A model generated the notes under the pieces. The model did not search any database. It was not told the DNA's origin and worked only from the letters and a program-made list of their open reading frames with translations. The translations under genes and the position numbers were made by a program. This document shows positions 17,779 through 26,948 of a DNA stretch of 32,000 nucleotides, piece by piece. Origin of the DNA: Acetoanaerobium sticklandii. Its GTDB lineage: Bacteria > Bacillota > Clostridia > Peptostreptococcales > Filifactoraceae. The stretch covers positions 2,415,959 through 2,447,958 of the forward strand of contig NC_014614.1 of assembly GCF_000196455.1 (NCBI RefSeq), in the 5' to 3' direction. Within the stretch, counting starts at the first letter, position 1. Each line of letters starts with the position of its first letter.

Positions 17779-18056
17779 ACGTTCATATGGTTTAAATTGT
17801 CTATTTTTTCTATGAAAGCGAGTACCTTTGCAACTATTTCGTAAAGCTCTACAGGTATTTCATCCCCTATAGCTACTGCCATCAAGGATTCGAGGAGTTC
17901 TTCATCAAAATACGTTGCCACTCCGCTTTCCTGAGCTTTTTCTATTATTTTCTCTGCTACATAGCCTTGACCTTTTGCTGATACTATGGGTGCTCGTAGC
18001 TCATCCTCATAAGTTACGCTTACAGCTTTTTTTAGTTTCTCTTTATTTGCTTTCAT
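17769..18056 (-). CDS. Stand-alone FlhB C-terminal-domain protein (YlqH / EscU-YscU-HrcU family fragment), 95 aa
   Basis: KAVSVTYEDELRAPIVSAKGQGYVAEKIIEKAQESGVATYFDEELLESL...GDEIPVELYEIVAKVLAFI aligns with the post-cleavage FlhB(CC) fold. There are no TM segments and no NPTH motif. The ATG is 2 nt after the upstream stop, and its RBS (GAAGGTG) lies inside the upstream gene. Confidence 0.8.
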   Translation of the reverse strand: MKANKEKLKKAVSVTYEDELRAPIVSAKGQGYVAEKIIEKAQESGVATYFDEELLESLMAVAIGDEIPVELYEIVAKVLAFIEKIDNLNHMNVKK

Positions 18057-18058
18057 AG

Positions 18059-20602
18059 CTACACCTTCAAATCCAGTCCTGAAGGAAGCTGCTTAGCAGT
18101 TTCTTCTACAAATGATATTTTTGCTGTATCCTCATCACCTGAAAGTTCAACTTTCTTGAGCTCATAACCTATATTTTGCAGAAGATTTTCCAGCGAAGTC
18201 ATTTCATTTTTTATTGATGAAAGTACATTTTCTCCTGCTGAAATCTTTACAGCTACGCTTTTATGCTCCACTTTCAAATAAAATCCGAGATCTCCAAGTC
18301 CTTTAGTGCTTAAATCCATGAGTATGCTCATATCCTCTGGGTCAATTTTATCTTTTTGCTTAGGTGTTTTTACAAAAACATTGGCCTGAGAACCTTCTTG
18401 ATTCATATAAAATGGAATCTGTAGCATGGATTCTCCTTTTGAGGCTTTGCTGCTTTCTTTTATGTGTTCACTCATCTGTCTTAAATATTTTTCAAAAACC
18501 TCTTTATCTTCTTTTTTTAGAGTTTTAACTATTTCTTCAGCTTCTTTCATGTGCTGATAAAACATAGTCATATTCTCTTTAGTAGTTTCTTTCGTAAGAT
18601 TGTTATTGTTTTCAAGAGTTTTAACTACTGTCTTCATGACCTTGGTCAAATCTCCTAAATCTTTTCTTTCAGCTTCTTCAATAATTTTATCTACTAGCTG
18701 GGTAACCATTGATTTTGGTTTTAAATTATCTGCCATGCTCATTACTGAGCGCATACTATTTATGCTAGGGTTTTTTACTATATCTGCACTTAGCTTAGAA
18801 CTATCAAAACTGCTCATAGTAGAAAGGCTATATTGACTACTTCTATACTCGTACTGCTCGACATAAGCACTCATATTTCTTATATCGCTTCTTAGAGGGT
18901 CAATCCCTTCGTTTACCATAGAATAAATATGAACTGCTCTTATATTGACTCTTAGATACTGGTAATGCTTATATGCTTCAGTTTTATTGCTATCTCCTGA
19001 AGTTAATGAATTAATATTTGCTGTATCTGTACTTACTTCAAACTCCATAGAAGTCAAGCTTACTTGATAGTTAAAGGCTCTTGGTACTATATTCGCTCCT
19101 CTTCCTATATCAAGTAGACTAATATTTGAGGTATATGAACTAATCTGCGCAGTATCTAGAGATTCTACACTTTGAATTATAGCCGCTGCTCTTAGCACTA
19201 CTGTATCTGCATGAGACAGCACTTTTAGCTCTCTAGCTTGACTAAATAAAAATTCATATCCATCGCTGTTTTTCTTGTCAGAAATTAAATTCACTAGCTT
19301 TACGTTTTCGTCTACTATTTTATCCTTTGAAATACTATTTACAGCTTGAATCAGCTTATTGGCTTTTAATATTTCTTCTTGAGTAAACTGGTTTAAGCTT
19401 ATCAGCTCTAGTTCTTGCTGAAATTCTTTCACCATATCTAGCAAGCTTTTTAAATCCTTGGAGCCTAAATCTAATCCCTGCTTTATAAGGTAAGCAGCCG
19501 TATCCTTATCCATGAGTTTTTGAAGCTCTGATAGAATCTCACGTAATTCTTTTATACTCTCTACTGCTTCTTTAGTTATACCTTGATTATTTCTAAGCAA
19601 ATCCTTAGAAATATCAATATCAGCTTCACTAAGCCCTATATCCTTTATAAATCTCTTTATTTCATTTTCCATATTACTTAAATCATTTTCGCTTAGAGGT
19701 CTCACTGAAGATGCACCGTAAGCCACGCTATTTGACGAGGCTGATGCAATTGATGAGCTTTGAATATAGTTTTTAAGCTTGTAAAGCACATCTATACTCA
19801 CATCTTCATTTAATTTAATCGCATCAATCAAAGTCTTATTGTCAATATCTTTAATATTGTGAAGCTTTGAAAATACATCGTGTATATTATCAATATTCGA
19901 TTTATTTATCTCAATGCCCATTTTTGACAATGCTCTAATTGAATCTAGAACATCCTTGCCCATATCTACACCATAAATCTCTTTAGCTAGTTTTCTCGCT
20001 TCATCATAAGACATATCTTTCGACATATATGCCTTGAAAACTTCAGTTTCTAATGATGTAATATCATTTTTAGATATATCATTCATAGCTGATTCTATTT
20101 CCCATACAGACATATTATCTAGGTCGTATCCTGCGCCCTGAAGCTTTGCTATAGCATCTAGAGTAAGATTTGCTCTAAGATTTTCCATAGTTTTTTTCAC
20201 GGCCACATATCTTTCAATATTTTCTTTGGTTATAGGGATTTCAAATCTTTTTAAGTTTTTTATTGCATCTTTATTTTCGTCAGTTGTTTTTAGTCCCAAA
20301 TCCTTTAGCTTAGCTTCGTCAGTCACTTCTTCTTCTTTTTCTTCTGTAATTTTATCCTCGCTTACTACTTTTAGAGATTCTATATCTCTTCTTTTAATTT
20401 CCAGTAACTGTCCTTTAGAAATTTCTACTTCTTTCTTAAGAACTAAATCCATTACTGTTCCATTTTTATCTTCTATTCTTAAATTCTTTCCATCCTTGGA
20501 AATTACTTGGCCCTCAATGACCCTGTTAGATGGCAAGCTCATATATGCTTCACTTATATTTTTTGATGAGATATTGCCCGTTGACGAGTATCCTTGAATC
20601 AC
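18059..20602 (-). CDS. 847-aa acidic/K-rich protein with a FliK-like (Flg_hook-type) C-terminal domain (YlqG-like)
   Basis: GTG start preceded by AAGGTGA. There are no TM segments. A long helical, low-complexity middle carries three ~28-aa degenerate repeats. The C-terminal ~110 aa (ANVFVKTPK...ILMDLSTKGLGDLGFYLKVEHKSVAVKISAGENVLSSIKNEMTSLENLLQNIGYEL) resembles the FliK C-terminal domain by eye. The functional call is tentative. Confidence 0.5.
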   Translation of the reverse strand: MIQGYSSTGNISSKNISEAYMSLPSNRVIEGQVISKDGKNLRIEDKNGTVMDLVLKKEVEISKGQLLEIKRRDIESLKVVSEDKITEEKEEEVTDEAKLKDLGLKTTDENKDAIKNLKRFEIPITKENIERYVAVKKTMENLRANLTLDAIAKLQGAGYDLDNMSVWEIESAMNDISKNDITSLETEVFKAYMSKDMSYDEARKLAKEIYGVDMGKDVLDSIRALSKMGIEINKSNIDNIHDVFSKLHNIKDIDNKTLIDAIKLNEDVSIDVLYKLKNYIQSSSIASASSNSVAYGASSVRPLSENDLSNMENEIKRFIKDIGLSEADIDISKDLLRNNQGITKEAVESIKELREILSELQKLMDKDTAAYLIKQGLDLGSKDLKSLLDMVKEFQQELELISLNQFTQEEILKANKLIQAVNSISKDKIVDENVKLVNLISDKKNSDGYEFLFSQARELKVLSHADTVVLRAAAIIQSVESLDTAQISSYTSNISLLDIGRGANIVPRAFNYQVSLTSMEFEVSTDTANINSLTSGDSNKTEAYKHYQYLRVNIRAVHIYSMVNEGIDPLRSDIRNMSAYVEQYEYRSSQYSLSTMSSFDSSKLSADIVKNPSINSMRSVMSMADNLKPKSMVTQLVDKIIEEAERKDLGDLTKVMKTVVKTLENNNNLTKETTKENMTMFYQHMKEAEEIVKTLKKEDKEVFEKYLRQMSEHIKESSKASKGESMLQIPFYMNQEGSQANVFVKTPKQKDKIDPEDMSILMDLSTKGLGDLGFYLKVEHKSVAVKISAGENVLSSIKNEMTSLENLLQNIGYELKKVELSGDEDTAKISFVEETAKQLPSGLDLKV

Positions 20603-20724
20603 TAACTATCACCTTCTTTTGTTTTGAATAAATCCACACTATCTTTATCGGAAACTCTTTCAAATCTCTTGATATCAACCTTTGTCCTATGCTAGGCATA
20701 TTGGACTATTGATTATAAATGGAT

Positions 20725-20752
20725 TAAAGAATATTCTTTAAAGTGCCGATAA
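20725..20752 (+). promoter_or_regulatory. Sigma-D/sigma-28-type promoter upstream of the DUF327 gene
   Basis: TAAA (20725-20728)-N16-GCCGATAA (20745-20752). The -10 is an exact match to the enterobacterial sigma-28 -10 octamer. It lies about 48 nt upstream of the ATG at 20801. Confidence 0.5.
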
Positions 20753-20800
20753 ATATTTACGAATATGTATGTAAAGTATTTTTAAAACTAGGAGGATACC

Positions 20801-21268
20801 ATGCAAGGAGCTAACGGAGTAGGAATTAAGGGTATACAACAGCTTCCCCTAGCTACTAATATAAAATTAGAAGGTAAGTCAGCCATCAAAGAGGCTTCTA
20901 GGTCTGATTTTTTGGAAAAATTCGAGAAGATAAAATCTGAAAATGTAAAAGAAGAGCTTGAAAATATATTTGGAAAAATTACTGAGCAAGCTGATAAGAT
21001 TGGTGAAAAGATGTATTTAAAGGATATTTTGGAATATAAAAAGCTCGTAAAAGAGTTTCTAAATGTTGCAACCCAAAATTCTCATCAATTCCAAAATCAG
21101 AATTTTTTAGATAGAAGAGGTCGTCATAGAAATTACTCTATAGTAAAAACTGTAGATAGAGAGCTCGATACTCTAACTAGAGAATTTATTAATGGTCAGA
21201 TAGACCATATGGGAGTCCTAAAAAAAATCGACGATATCAGAGGAATGCTATTAGATATTATGATGTAA
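20801..21268 (+). CDS. YaaR/DUF327 family protein (155 aa)
   Basis: Family-typical central and C-terminal blocks: YKKLVKEFL, FLDRRGRHRNYSIVKTVDRELDTL, DIRGMLLD. RBS AGGAGG lies 6 nt before the ATG. Confidence 0.8.
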   Translation: MQGANGVGIKGIQQLPLATNIKLEGKSAIKEASRSDFLEKFEKIKSENVKEELENIFGKITEQADKIGEKMYLKDILEYKKLVKEFLNVATQNSHQFQNQNFLDRRGRHRNYSIVKTVDRELDTLTREFINGQIDHMGVLKKIDDIRGMLLDIMM

Positions 21269-21321
21269 CCATTCTAAACCATATTATTAACTTCATATCT
21301 ATTTATAGAATTATATAATTC

Positions 21322-21368
21322 AAGCCATCTATAAGAGGACGCTCCTCAATATAAATGGCTTTTTATTT
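21322..21368 (+). terminator. Terminator of the DUF327 gene (compound hairpin)
   Basis: Outer stem AAGCCAT/ATGGCTT (21322-21328 / 21355-21361) encloses inner stem GAGGA-cgc-TCCTC and is followed by TTTTATTTT. It abuts the degV stop. Confidence 0.6.
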
Positions 21369-22231
21369 TATCTCATTTTTTCTTTTGTATAATAGGCTAT
21401 CCCTATAGCTCCTGGGCCTACATGAAGCCCTATAACTGGGCCTATATCGTGAATAGCTATGGTTTTAATAGGAAGAATTTCTTTTAACTTTTCTGCTACT
21501 AGCTTTGCTTCATCTATGCAGTTTATATGATGAACCACTAGTTCCTCAAGCCCTCCAAAGTCTTTGGCATCCTCAAGGATTTTTTCAATCATCTGAGTTA
21601 CAGCTTTTTGCTTTGTCCTCACTTTTTTGTATATGCTAGTTATTCCATCTTCTACGGTTAAGATTGGAATGATTTTAAGAAGGTTGCCAAGTATAGCTCC
21701 AGCTCTTCCTATCCTTCCACCTTTTTCTAAATACACCAGATTATCAGGTATGAATAAAAATCTGCTTCTGTCTATATTGTCTTTGGCTTTTTCTACTATT
21801 TTATCTAAAGAAAGCCCCTCTATAGCTGCCTTTGCCGCAGCAAGCACTGCAAATCCCAGCTGCATACAGTTTGATTTAGAATCTACTACCTCTATTTCTG
21901 CATCAGGAAGCTTTTCTAATACCATGTTTTTTGCCATAAGTGCACTTTGGTAGGTTCCACTCATATCCGATGAAAGAAAAACTCCAACTGCACTATCTCC
22001 ACTAGAAACTATATCATAGAAAGCCTTTACTAGCTCTCCTATAGGTGGCTGAGAGGATTTAGGTATCCCTTTTTTATCCATGAGATTGTAAAAGTCCTCA
22101 TTTGAAATTTCGGTTTCTCTATAGCTTTCATCTCCAAAATCAACACTTAGAGACACCTGATTAATGTTGTATTTTTCAAGGAGCTGCTTTCCCATATAGC
22201 TGGTACTGTCAGCGATAACTCTAGTACCCAT
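21368..22231 (-). CDS. DegV-family fatty-acid-binding protein
   Basis: VIADSTSY..., PKSSQPPIGE, LSSDMSGTYQSA, GGRIGRA, HVGPGAIGIAY blocks. RBS AGGAGG. Confidence 0.9.
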   Translation of the reverse strand: MGTRVIADSTSYMGKQLLEKYNINQVSLSVDFGDESYRETEISNEDFYNLMDKKGIPKSSQPPIGELVKAFYDIVSSGDSAVGVFLSSDMSGTYQSALMAKNMVLEKLPDAEIEVVDSKSNCMQLGFAVLAAAKAAIEGLSLDKIVEKAKDNIDRSRFLFIPDNLVYLEKGGRIGRAGAILGNLLKIIPILTVEDGITSIYKKVRTKQKAVTQMIEKILEDAKDFGGLEELVVHHINCIDEAKLVAEKLKEILPIKTIAIHDIGPVIGLHVGPGAIGIAYYTKEKMR

Positions 22232-22267
22232 GCATTTTCCTCCTCATATGTTACAATTCATCTGTCT

Positions 22268-23375
22268 TTAGCTAGGCTTAACTTGGTTTTCTTTAAGATA
22301 AGCATTGATAAAAGGCATTATATTTCCATCCATTACTGATTGTACGTGTCCTATCTCAGTATTGGTTCTATGATCCTTTACCATAGTATAGGGCTGAAAT
22401 ACATAGGATCTAATCTGAGAACCCCAGCTTATCTGTGAATATTCACCTTGAAGGTCCTCTATTTTATCCTTATGCTCTAGCTCCTTTAACTCTATGAGCT
22501 TTGCCATGAGCATTTTCATTGCTGTTTCTTTGTTTGAATGCTGAGAGCGCTGGTTCTGGCATTGCACCACTATTCCTGTAGGAAGGTGGGTGATACGTAT
22601 AGCAGATTCTGTTTTGTTGACATGCTGACCACCAGCTCCAGACGCTCTATACGTATCTATTTTCAAATCAGCTGGATTAATATCAATTTCTATGCTGTCA
22701 TCTAGCTCTGGAATTACGTCCACAGATGCAAAAGAGGTGTGACGCTTGCCAGAGGTGTCAAAAGGAGAAATTCTCACAATCCTATGAACTCCCTTTTCAC
22801 TTTTCAGATAACCATAGGCATTAGCACCTTCGATTTTTAGAGTAACGCTTTTTATTCCTGCCTCTGGATCTGCTATCATATCTAGCTCAATTACTCTAAA
22901 TCCCATACTCTGAGCAAATCTGTCGTACATTCTAAGTAGCATTTTAGTCCAGTCCTGAGCATCAAGCCCTCCAGAACCTGCATGTATGGATACTATTGCA
23001 TTGTTCATATCATACTGCCCACTGAGCAGGGTTGCTATCTTAAGCTCATCTATTTTTTCTTCTAGAGAGTTAAGGGCGCTGTGAAGTTCTTTTTCTAAGC
23101 TTGCATCCTCATCAGCCAGCTCAAAGAGGACAAAAGCATCCTCTAGCTCTGACTCCAAAGAAGCAAACTGCTCTAGTTTATCTTCTATCACTTTATTTTT
23201 TTGCATGGTCTGCTGAGCTTTTTCTACCTCGTTCCAAAACTCTGGCTCGCTCATTTCTTTATCTATTTCCTGCTTGTGAAGGGCTAATCCTGGTATGTCA
23301 AAGAGAAACCCTCAATTCTTCAATAGATTTGGACATATTGTCCAGACGTTCTCTATGTTCCTGGATATTTAGCAA
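22268..23375 (-). CDS. prfB: Peptide chain release factor 2 (368 aa after programmed +1 frameshift at 23300)
   Basis: Frame 0: TTG 23375-23373 through CTT 23303-23301, giving (M)LNIQEHRERLDNMSKSIEELRVSL, then an in-frame TGA at 23300-23298. The +1 frame continues DIPGLALHKQEIDKEMSEPEFWNE... into the tracked ORF. SPF and GGQ motifs are present. The lengths (75 nt + 1032 nt) are both multiples of 3. Confidence 0.93.
23297..23314 (-). promoter_or_regulatory. prfB autoregulatory +1 frameshift site
   Basis: The minus strand reads TGAGGGTTTCT CTT TGA C. This is the canonical CTT-TGA-C slippery/stop context with an upstream SD-like GAGGG. Confidence 0.88.
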
Positions 23376-26069
23376 CTAAACCCTATCCTTTCCGCAGCAT
23401 TTTTTGTATTTTTTGCCACTTCCACATGGACATAAATCATTTCTGCCCACTACCTTGTCTGTTTTAATTTGCTTTGGCCCTTCTTCTTCAGTCTCAGAGC
23501 CACCTTTTTGCTCAAGCTTATCCATATCTACCATTTGCTTACGCTCTATAGTCTGAGCCTCGATTCTCACTTGGAAGCCGTAGATATAGTTTAATGTCTC
23601 TTCCTGGATAGACTGAATCATTTCATCAAACATATCAAAGCCTTCAATTTGGTAAGCTCTTACTGGGTCTTCCTGTCCTATCGCTCTTAGCCCTATACCT
23701 TGTCTTAGCTGATCCATAGCATCTATATGATCCATCCACTTAGAATCTACTACCTGAAGCAGAATAATACGCTCAAGCTCACGCATACGCTCTTCGCCTA
23801 CTAATTTTTCTTTTTCATCATATAGTCTAAGCGCTTCATTTTTAATTATTTCCTTTAAGCCATCTTTAGTTAAATCTTCAACATTGCCTACTTCGACTTT
23901 TTTGTCTGGATGGAAGATGTTTACAAATCTTTCTTCTAGTGCTTTTAAATCCCATGATTCTGGATACGAACCTTCTGGAATGTAATAGCTTAACACCTTG
24001 TCGATAGTTTTATCTATCATGTCTAAGATTTCCGAATGAACATCTTCACCTTCAAGTACATTTCTTCTTTCCTTGTAGATGATTTCTCTTTGCTTGTTCA
24101 TAACATCGTCATACTGAAGTACGTGCTTACGTATAGAGAAGTTCTTGCCCTCTACTTTTTTCTGAGCTCCCTCTATAGATTTAGACAGCATCTTATGCTC
24201 GATAGGCATATCGTCGTCCATACCTATTTTTTCTACCATAGCCATGAGTCTATCACTGCCAAATAGTCTCATCAGCTCATCTTCTAGAGATATGAAGAAT
24301 CTAGATGTACCAGGGTCTCCTTGTCTTCCTGCACGACCTCTTAATTGGTTATCTATACGTCTTGACTCATGACGCTCAGTACCTATGATACAAAGTCCTC
24401 CAGCTTGTCTTACCTTATCTTGCTCTTCCTTTAATTCTTCCTTCTTTTCTTCTAGGATTGAATGGTATTTTTCTCTCGCTTCTCTTATTTCTTCATCCTC
24501 AGTATAGCCAAATCCGCTAGCTTGAGTGATGATTTCATCTGCATAGCCTAGTCTTTTCATTTCTTTTACTGTCATAAACTCAGGGTTACCACCTAGGATG
24601 ATGTCAGTACCTCTACCAGCCATGTTTGTAGCTATAGTAACCTGCTCAAAACGACCTGCTTGTGCTACTATTTCTGCCTCTTTTTCGTGGTTCTTTGCAT
24701 TAAGAACCTCGTGACGAATACCACGTTTTTTAAGCATATCAGATAACATCTCTGAATCTTCTATTGAAATAGTACCAACTAGTATAGGTTGTCCATTTTT
24801 ATGTCTTTCTTCTATTTCATCAACTGCAAACTTATATTTAGCTGCCTCAGTTTTGTATACTACATCGTCCATATCATCACGGACAACTGGCTTATTAGTA
24901 GGAATTTGAACAACGTCCATTCTGTAAATAGACTTAAATTCCTCTTCCTCAGTTTTTGCAGTACCAGTCATACCAGAAAGTTTTTTGTACATTCTGAAGT
25001 AATTCTGGAAAGTTATAGTTGCAAGAGTTTTTGATTCTCTTTGAACCTTTAGCCCTTCTTTAGCCTCTATAGCTTGATGAAGGCCTTCTGAATATCTACG
25101 TCCAAACATAAGACGTCCAGTAAATTCATCTACTATGATAATTTCTCCGTCTTTTACTACGTAATCAACATCTCTTTTCATCATAGTGTGAGCTCTTAGA
25201 GCCTGATTGATATGGTGATAGGTTTCCATATTTGCTATATCTGTTATATTTTCAACTGCAAAGAATTTCTCTGCTTTTTCTACACCTGATTCATTAAGTG
25301 CAACTGAATTTCCTTTTTCATCTATAATATAATCTGTTTCATTTCTTAGCATGCGAATAAAGCTATCTGCCATAGTGTAAAGTGCAGTAGATTTATCTCC
25401 CTGACCAGAAATGATAAGAGGAGTTCTTGCCTCATCCACTAGTATAGAGTCGACCTCATCGACGATAGCGTAATTAAGAGGTCTTTGAACCATTTGAGAT
25501 TTGTAAATTACCATGTTATCTCTTAGGTAGTCAAATCCAAACTCGTTGTTTGTTCCGTAAGTTATATCTGCATTGTATGCATTTCTTCTTTGGTCTGGAG
25601 TGATTCCATGAAGTATAACCCCAGTAGTAAGCCCTAGGAAGTTATAAAGCTTGCTCATCCACTCCATATCTCTTTTTGCAAGGTAGTCGTTTACTGTTAC
25701 TACATGTACTCCCTCTTTTGAAAGAGCATTAAGATATACAGGAAGAGTCGCAACTAGGGTTTTACCTTCTCCAGTTCTCATCTCAGCTATACGTCCTTGA
25801 TGAAGAACCATACCACCCATAAGCTGTACATCGTAGTGTCTCATACCTAGTACACGCTTTGATGCTTCTCTAGCAACTGCAAAAGCCTCTGGAAGAAGCT
25901 GATCTAGTGTCTCACCATTTTCATATCTTTTCATAAATTCCTGAGTTTTGCCTGTAAGCTCTGCATCAGTAAGCTTAACTATGCTATCTTCTAATGAGTT
26001 TATGATATCTACTGATTTTTGTAAGGCCTTAATTTCTTTTTTGGTTAGATAATTATCAAAAAATCCCAA
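23376..26069 (-). CDS. secA: Preprotein translocase ATPase SecA (897 aa)
   Basis: DEAD-motor motifs [40 protein letters not shown]-terminal zinc finger [17 protein letters not shown] start with AAGAGG 8 nt upstream. Confidence 0.97.
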   Translation of the reverse strand: MGFFDNYLTKKEIKALQKSVDIINSLEDSIVKLTDAELTGKTQEFMKRYENGETLDQLLPEAFAVAREASKRVLGMRHYDVQLMGGMVLHQGRIAEMRTGEGKTLVATLPVYLNALSKEGVHVVTVNDYLAKRDMEWMSKLYNFLGLTTGVILHGITPDQRRNAYNADITYGTNNEFGFDYLRDNMVIYKSQMVQRPLNYAIVDEVDSILVDEARTPLIISGQGDKSTALYTMADSFIRMLRNETDYIIDEKGNSVALNESGVEKAEKFFAVENITDIANMETYHHINQALRAHTMMKRDVDYVVKDGEIIIVDEFTGRLMFGRRYSEGLHQAIEAKEGLKVQRESKTLATITFQNYFRMYKKLSGMTGTAKTEEEEFKSIYRMDVVQIPTNKPVVRDDMDDVVYKTEAAKYKFAVDEIEERHKNGQPILVGTISIEDSEMLSDMLKKRGIRHEVLNAKNHEKEAEIVAQAGRFEQVTIATNMAGRGTDIILGGNPEFMTVKEMKRLGYADEIITQASGFGYTEDEEIREAREKYHSILEEKKEELKEEQDKVRQAGGLCIIGTERHESRRIDNQLRGRAGRQGDPGTSRFFISLEDELMRLFGSDRLMAMVEKIGMDDDMPIEHKMLSKSIEGAQKKVEGKNFSIRKHVLQYDDVMNKQREIIYKERRNVLEGEDVHSEILDMIDKTIDKVLSYYIPEGSYPESWDLKALEERFVNIFHPDKKVEVGNVEDLTKDGLKEIIKNEALRLYDEKEKLVGEERMRELERIILLQVVDSKWMDHIDAMDQLRQGIGLRAIGQEDPVRAYQIEGFDMFDEMIQSIQEETLNYIYGFQVRIEAQTIERKQMVDMDKLEQKGGSETEEEGPKQIKTDKVVGRNDLCPCGSGKKYKKCCGKDRV

Positions 26070-26154
26070 GTAAAATACCTCTTTTCTTAATCTTTTTTAC
26101 ATTACATATTCATACTATTTCAATCTAAAATCACTGTCTAATTCGCTACATTTT

Positions 26155-26163
26155 AGTATATCA
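26155..26163 (-). promoter_or_regulatory. Candidate extended -10 promoter (TGaTATACT) of secA
   Basis: The minus strand reads TGATATACT about 86 nt upstream of the secA TTG and downstream of the hpf terminator. The -35 is weak. Confidence 0.3.
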
Positions 26164-26243
26164 CATAAAATAATTTTGTGAAATCTATCATACAAAGTCT
26201 CCACAATCTTTACCATTTTGTAATATTTTCTAAATTTTTTCAC

Positions 26244-26270
26244 TAAAAAAGAGGAACTCTCGTTCCTCTT
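26244..26270 (-). terminator. Rho-independent terminator of hpf
   Basis: The minus strand reads AAGAGGAAC-gaga-GTTCCTCTT followed by TTTT(AG). It lies about 42 nt below the hpf stop. Confidence 0.75.
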
Positions 26271-26311
26271 TTAGTAAGCTCACCCTTTATATAAACCTTT
26301 TGGTTAATATT

Positions 26312-26848
26312 TTACTCTGGTTCCAAGATACCGTAGTTACCGTCTTTTCTCTTATAAATCACAGTAATGGCATCTGTTTCAGCACTTGTAAATACAAAGA
26401 AATTATGTCCAAGTAGCTCCATCTGAAGTATAGCTTCCTCCTCTGACATAGGTCTAAAACCAAATCTCTTTCTCTTTACAATCTTGCCGTGAAGTTCTTC
26501 TTCCTTCTCTTCTTCCCTAGGAATATAAGCTTCGATATTTTCAAATCTAATGGTATCGTTGCCTCTATCCATTAATTTTGTCTTATGCTTACGAATCTGT
26601 CTGCCTAATTTATCAACTACGATATCAGTCGCGTTATATAAATCTGTATCAACAGCCTCTGCTCTCATAACAGTTTTTCCTACAGGTAGCGTTACCTCAA
26701 TTTTGTGAAGGTTTCTAAATACACTAGCAGTTACTTTTGCTGTCACCTCTTCGTTAAAATACTTATCCAGTCTTGAGAGTTTTGTATCAATTGAATTTCT
26801 CATTGCCTCTGTAACATCGATTTGCTTGCCGCTTAGGATAACTCTCAT
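26312..26848 (-). CDS. hpf: Ribosome hibernation promoting factor, long form (178 aa)
   Basis: MRVILSGKQIDVTEAMRNSI...KIEVTLPV N-domain plus C-terminal dimerisation domain (MSEEEAILQMELLGHNFFVF...VIYKRKDGNYGILEP). I place the start at the Met preceded by GGGAGAGG, not at the tracked Met at 26872. Confidence 0.92.
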   Translation of the reverse strand: MRVILSGKQIDVTEAMRNSIDTKLSRLDKYFNEEVTAKVTASVFRNLHKIEVTLPVGKTVMRAEAVDTDLYNATDIVVDKLGRQIRKHKTKLMDRGNDTIRFENIEAYIPREEEKEEELHGKIVKRKRFGFRPMSEEEAILQMELLGHNFFVFTSAETDAITVIYKRKDGNYGILEPE

Positions 26849-26875
26849 AAAAGCCTCTCCCTTCAATTGCATATA

Positions 26876-26922
26876 CTAACCAGTAAGTGCGTTAAGTTTA
26901 CGTTAAATATTTTACTGGTTAG
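26876..26922. repeat. Perfect 11-bp inverted repeat (CTAACCAGTAA / TTACTGGTTAG) with a 25-nt loop, between V-ATPase D and hpf
   Basis: Arms at 26876-26886 and 26912-26922. The loop contains the direct repeat CGTTAA-gttta-CGTTAA. No T-tract follows on the minus strand. Confidence 0.8.
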
Positions 26923-26948
26923 ATATTATTTACCACAAAATCGAAGGT

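Noticed and set aside
20645-20652. Sigma-D -10-like TCCGATAA (minus strand) upstream of the FliK-like gene.
   Set aside because: There is no TAAA-type -35 at 15-16 nt (it reads CAAG/TCAA). A single 7/8 octamer in AT-rich DNA is not enough. The promoter of this operon remains unidentified.
26849-26872. 8-codon N-terminal extension of hpf (MQLKGEAF).
   Set aside because: The SD (GGGAGAGG) lies inside this extension and serves the Met at 26848, which matches the conserved HPF N-terminus (M-x-I-x-I-x-G).
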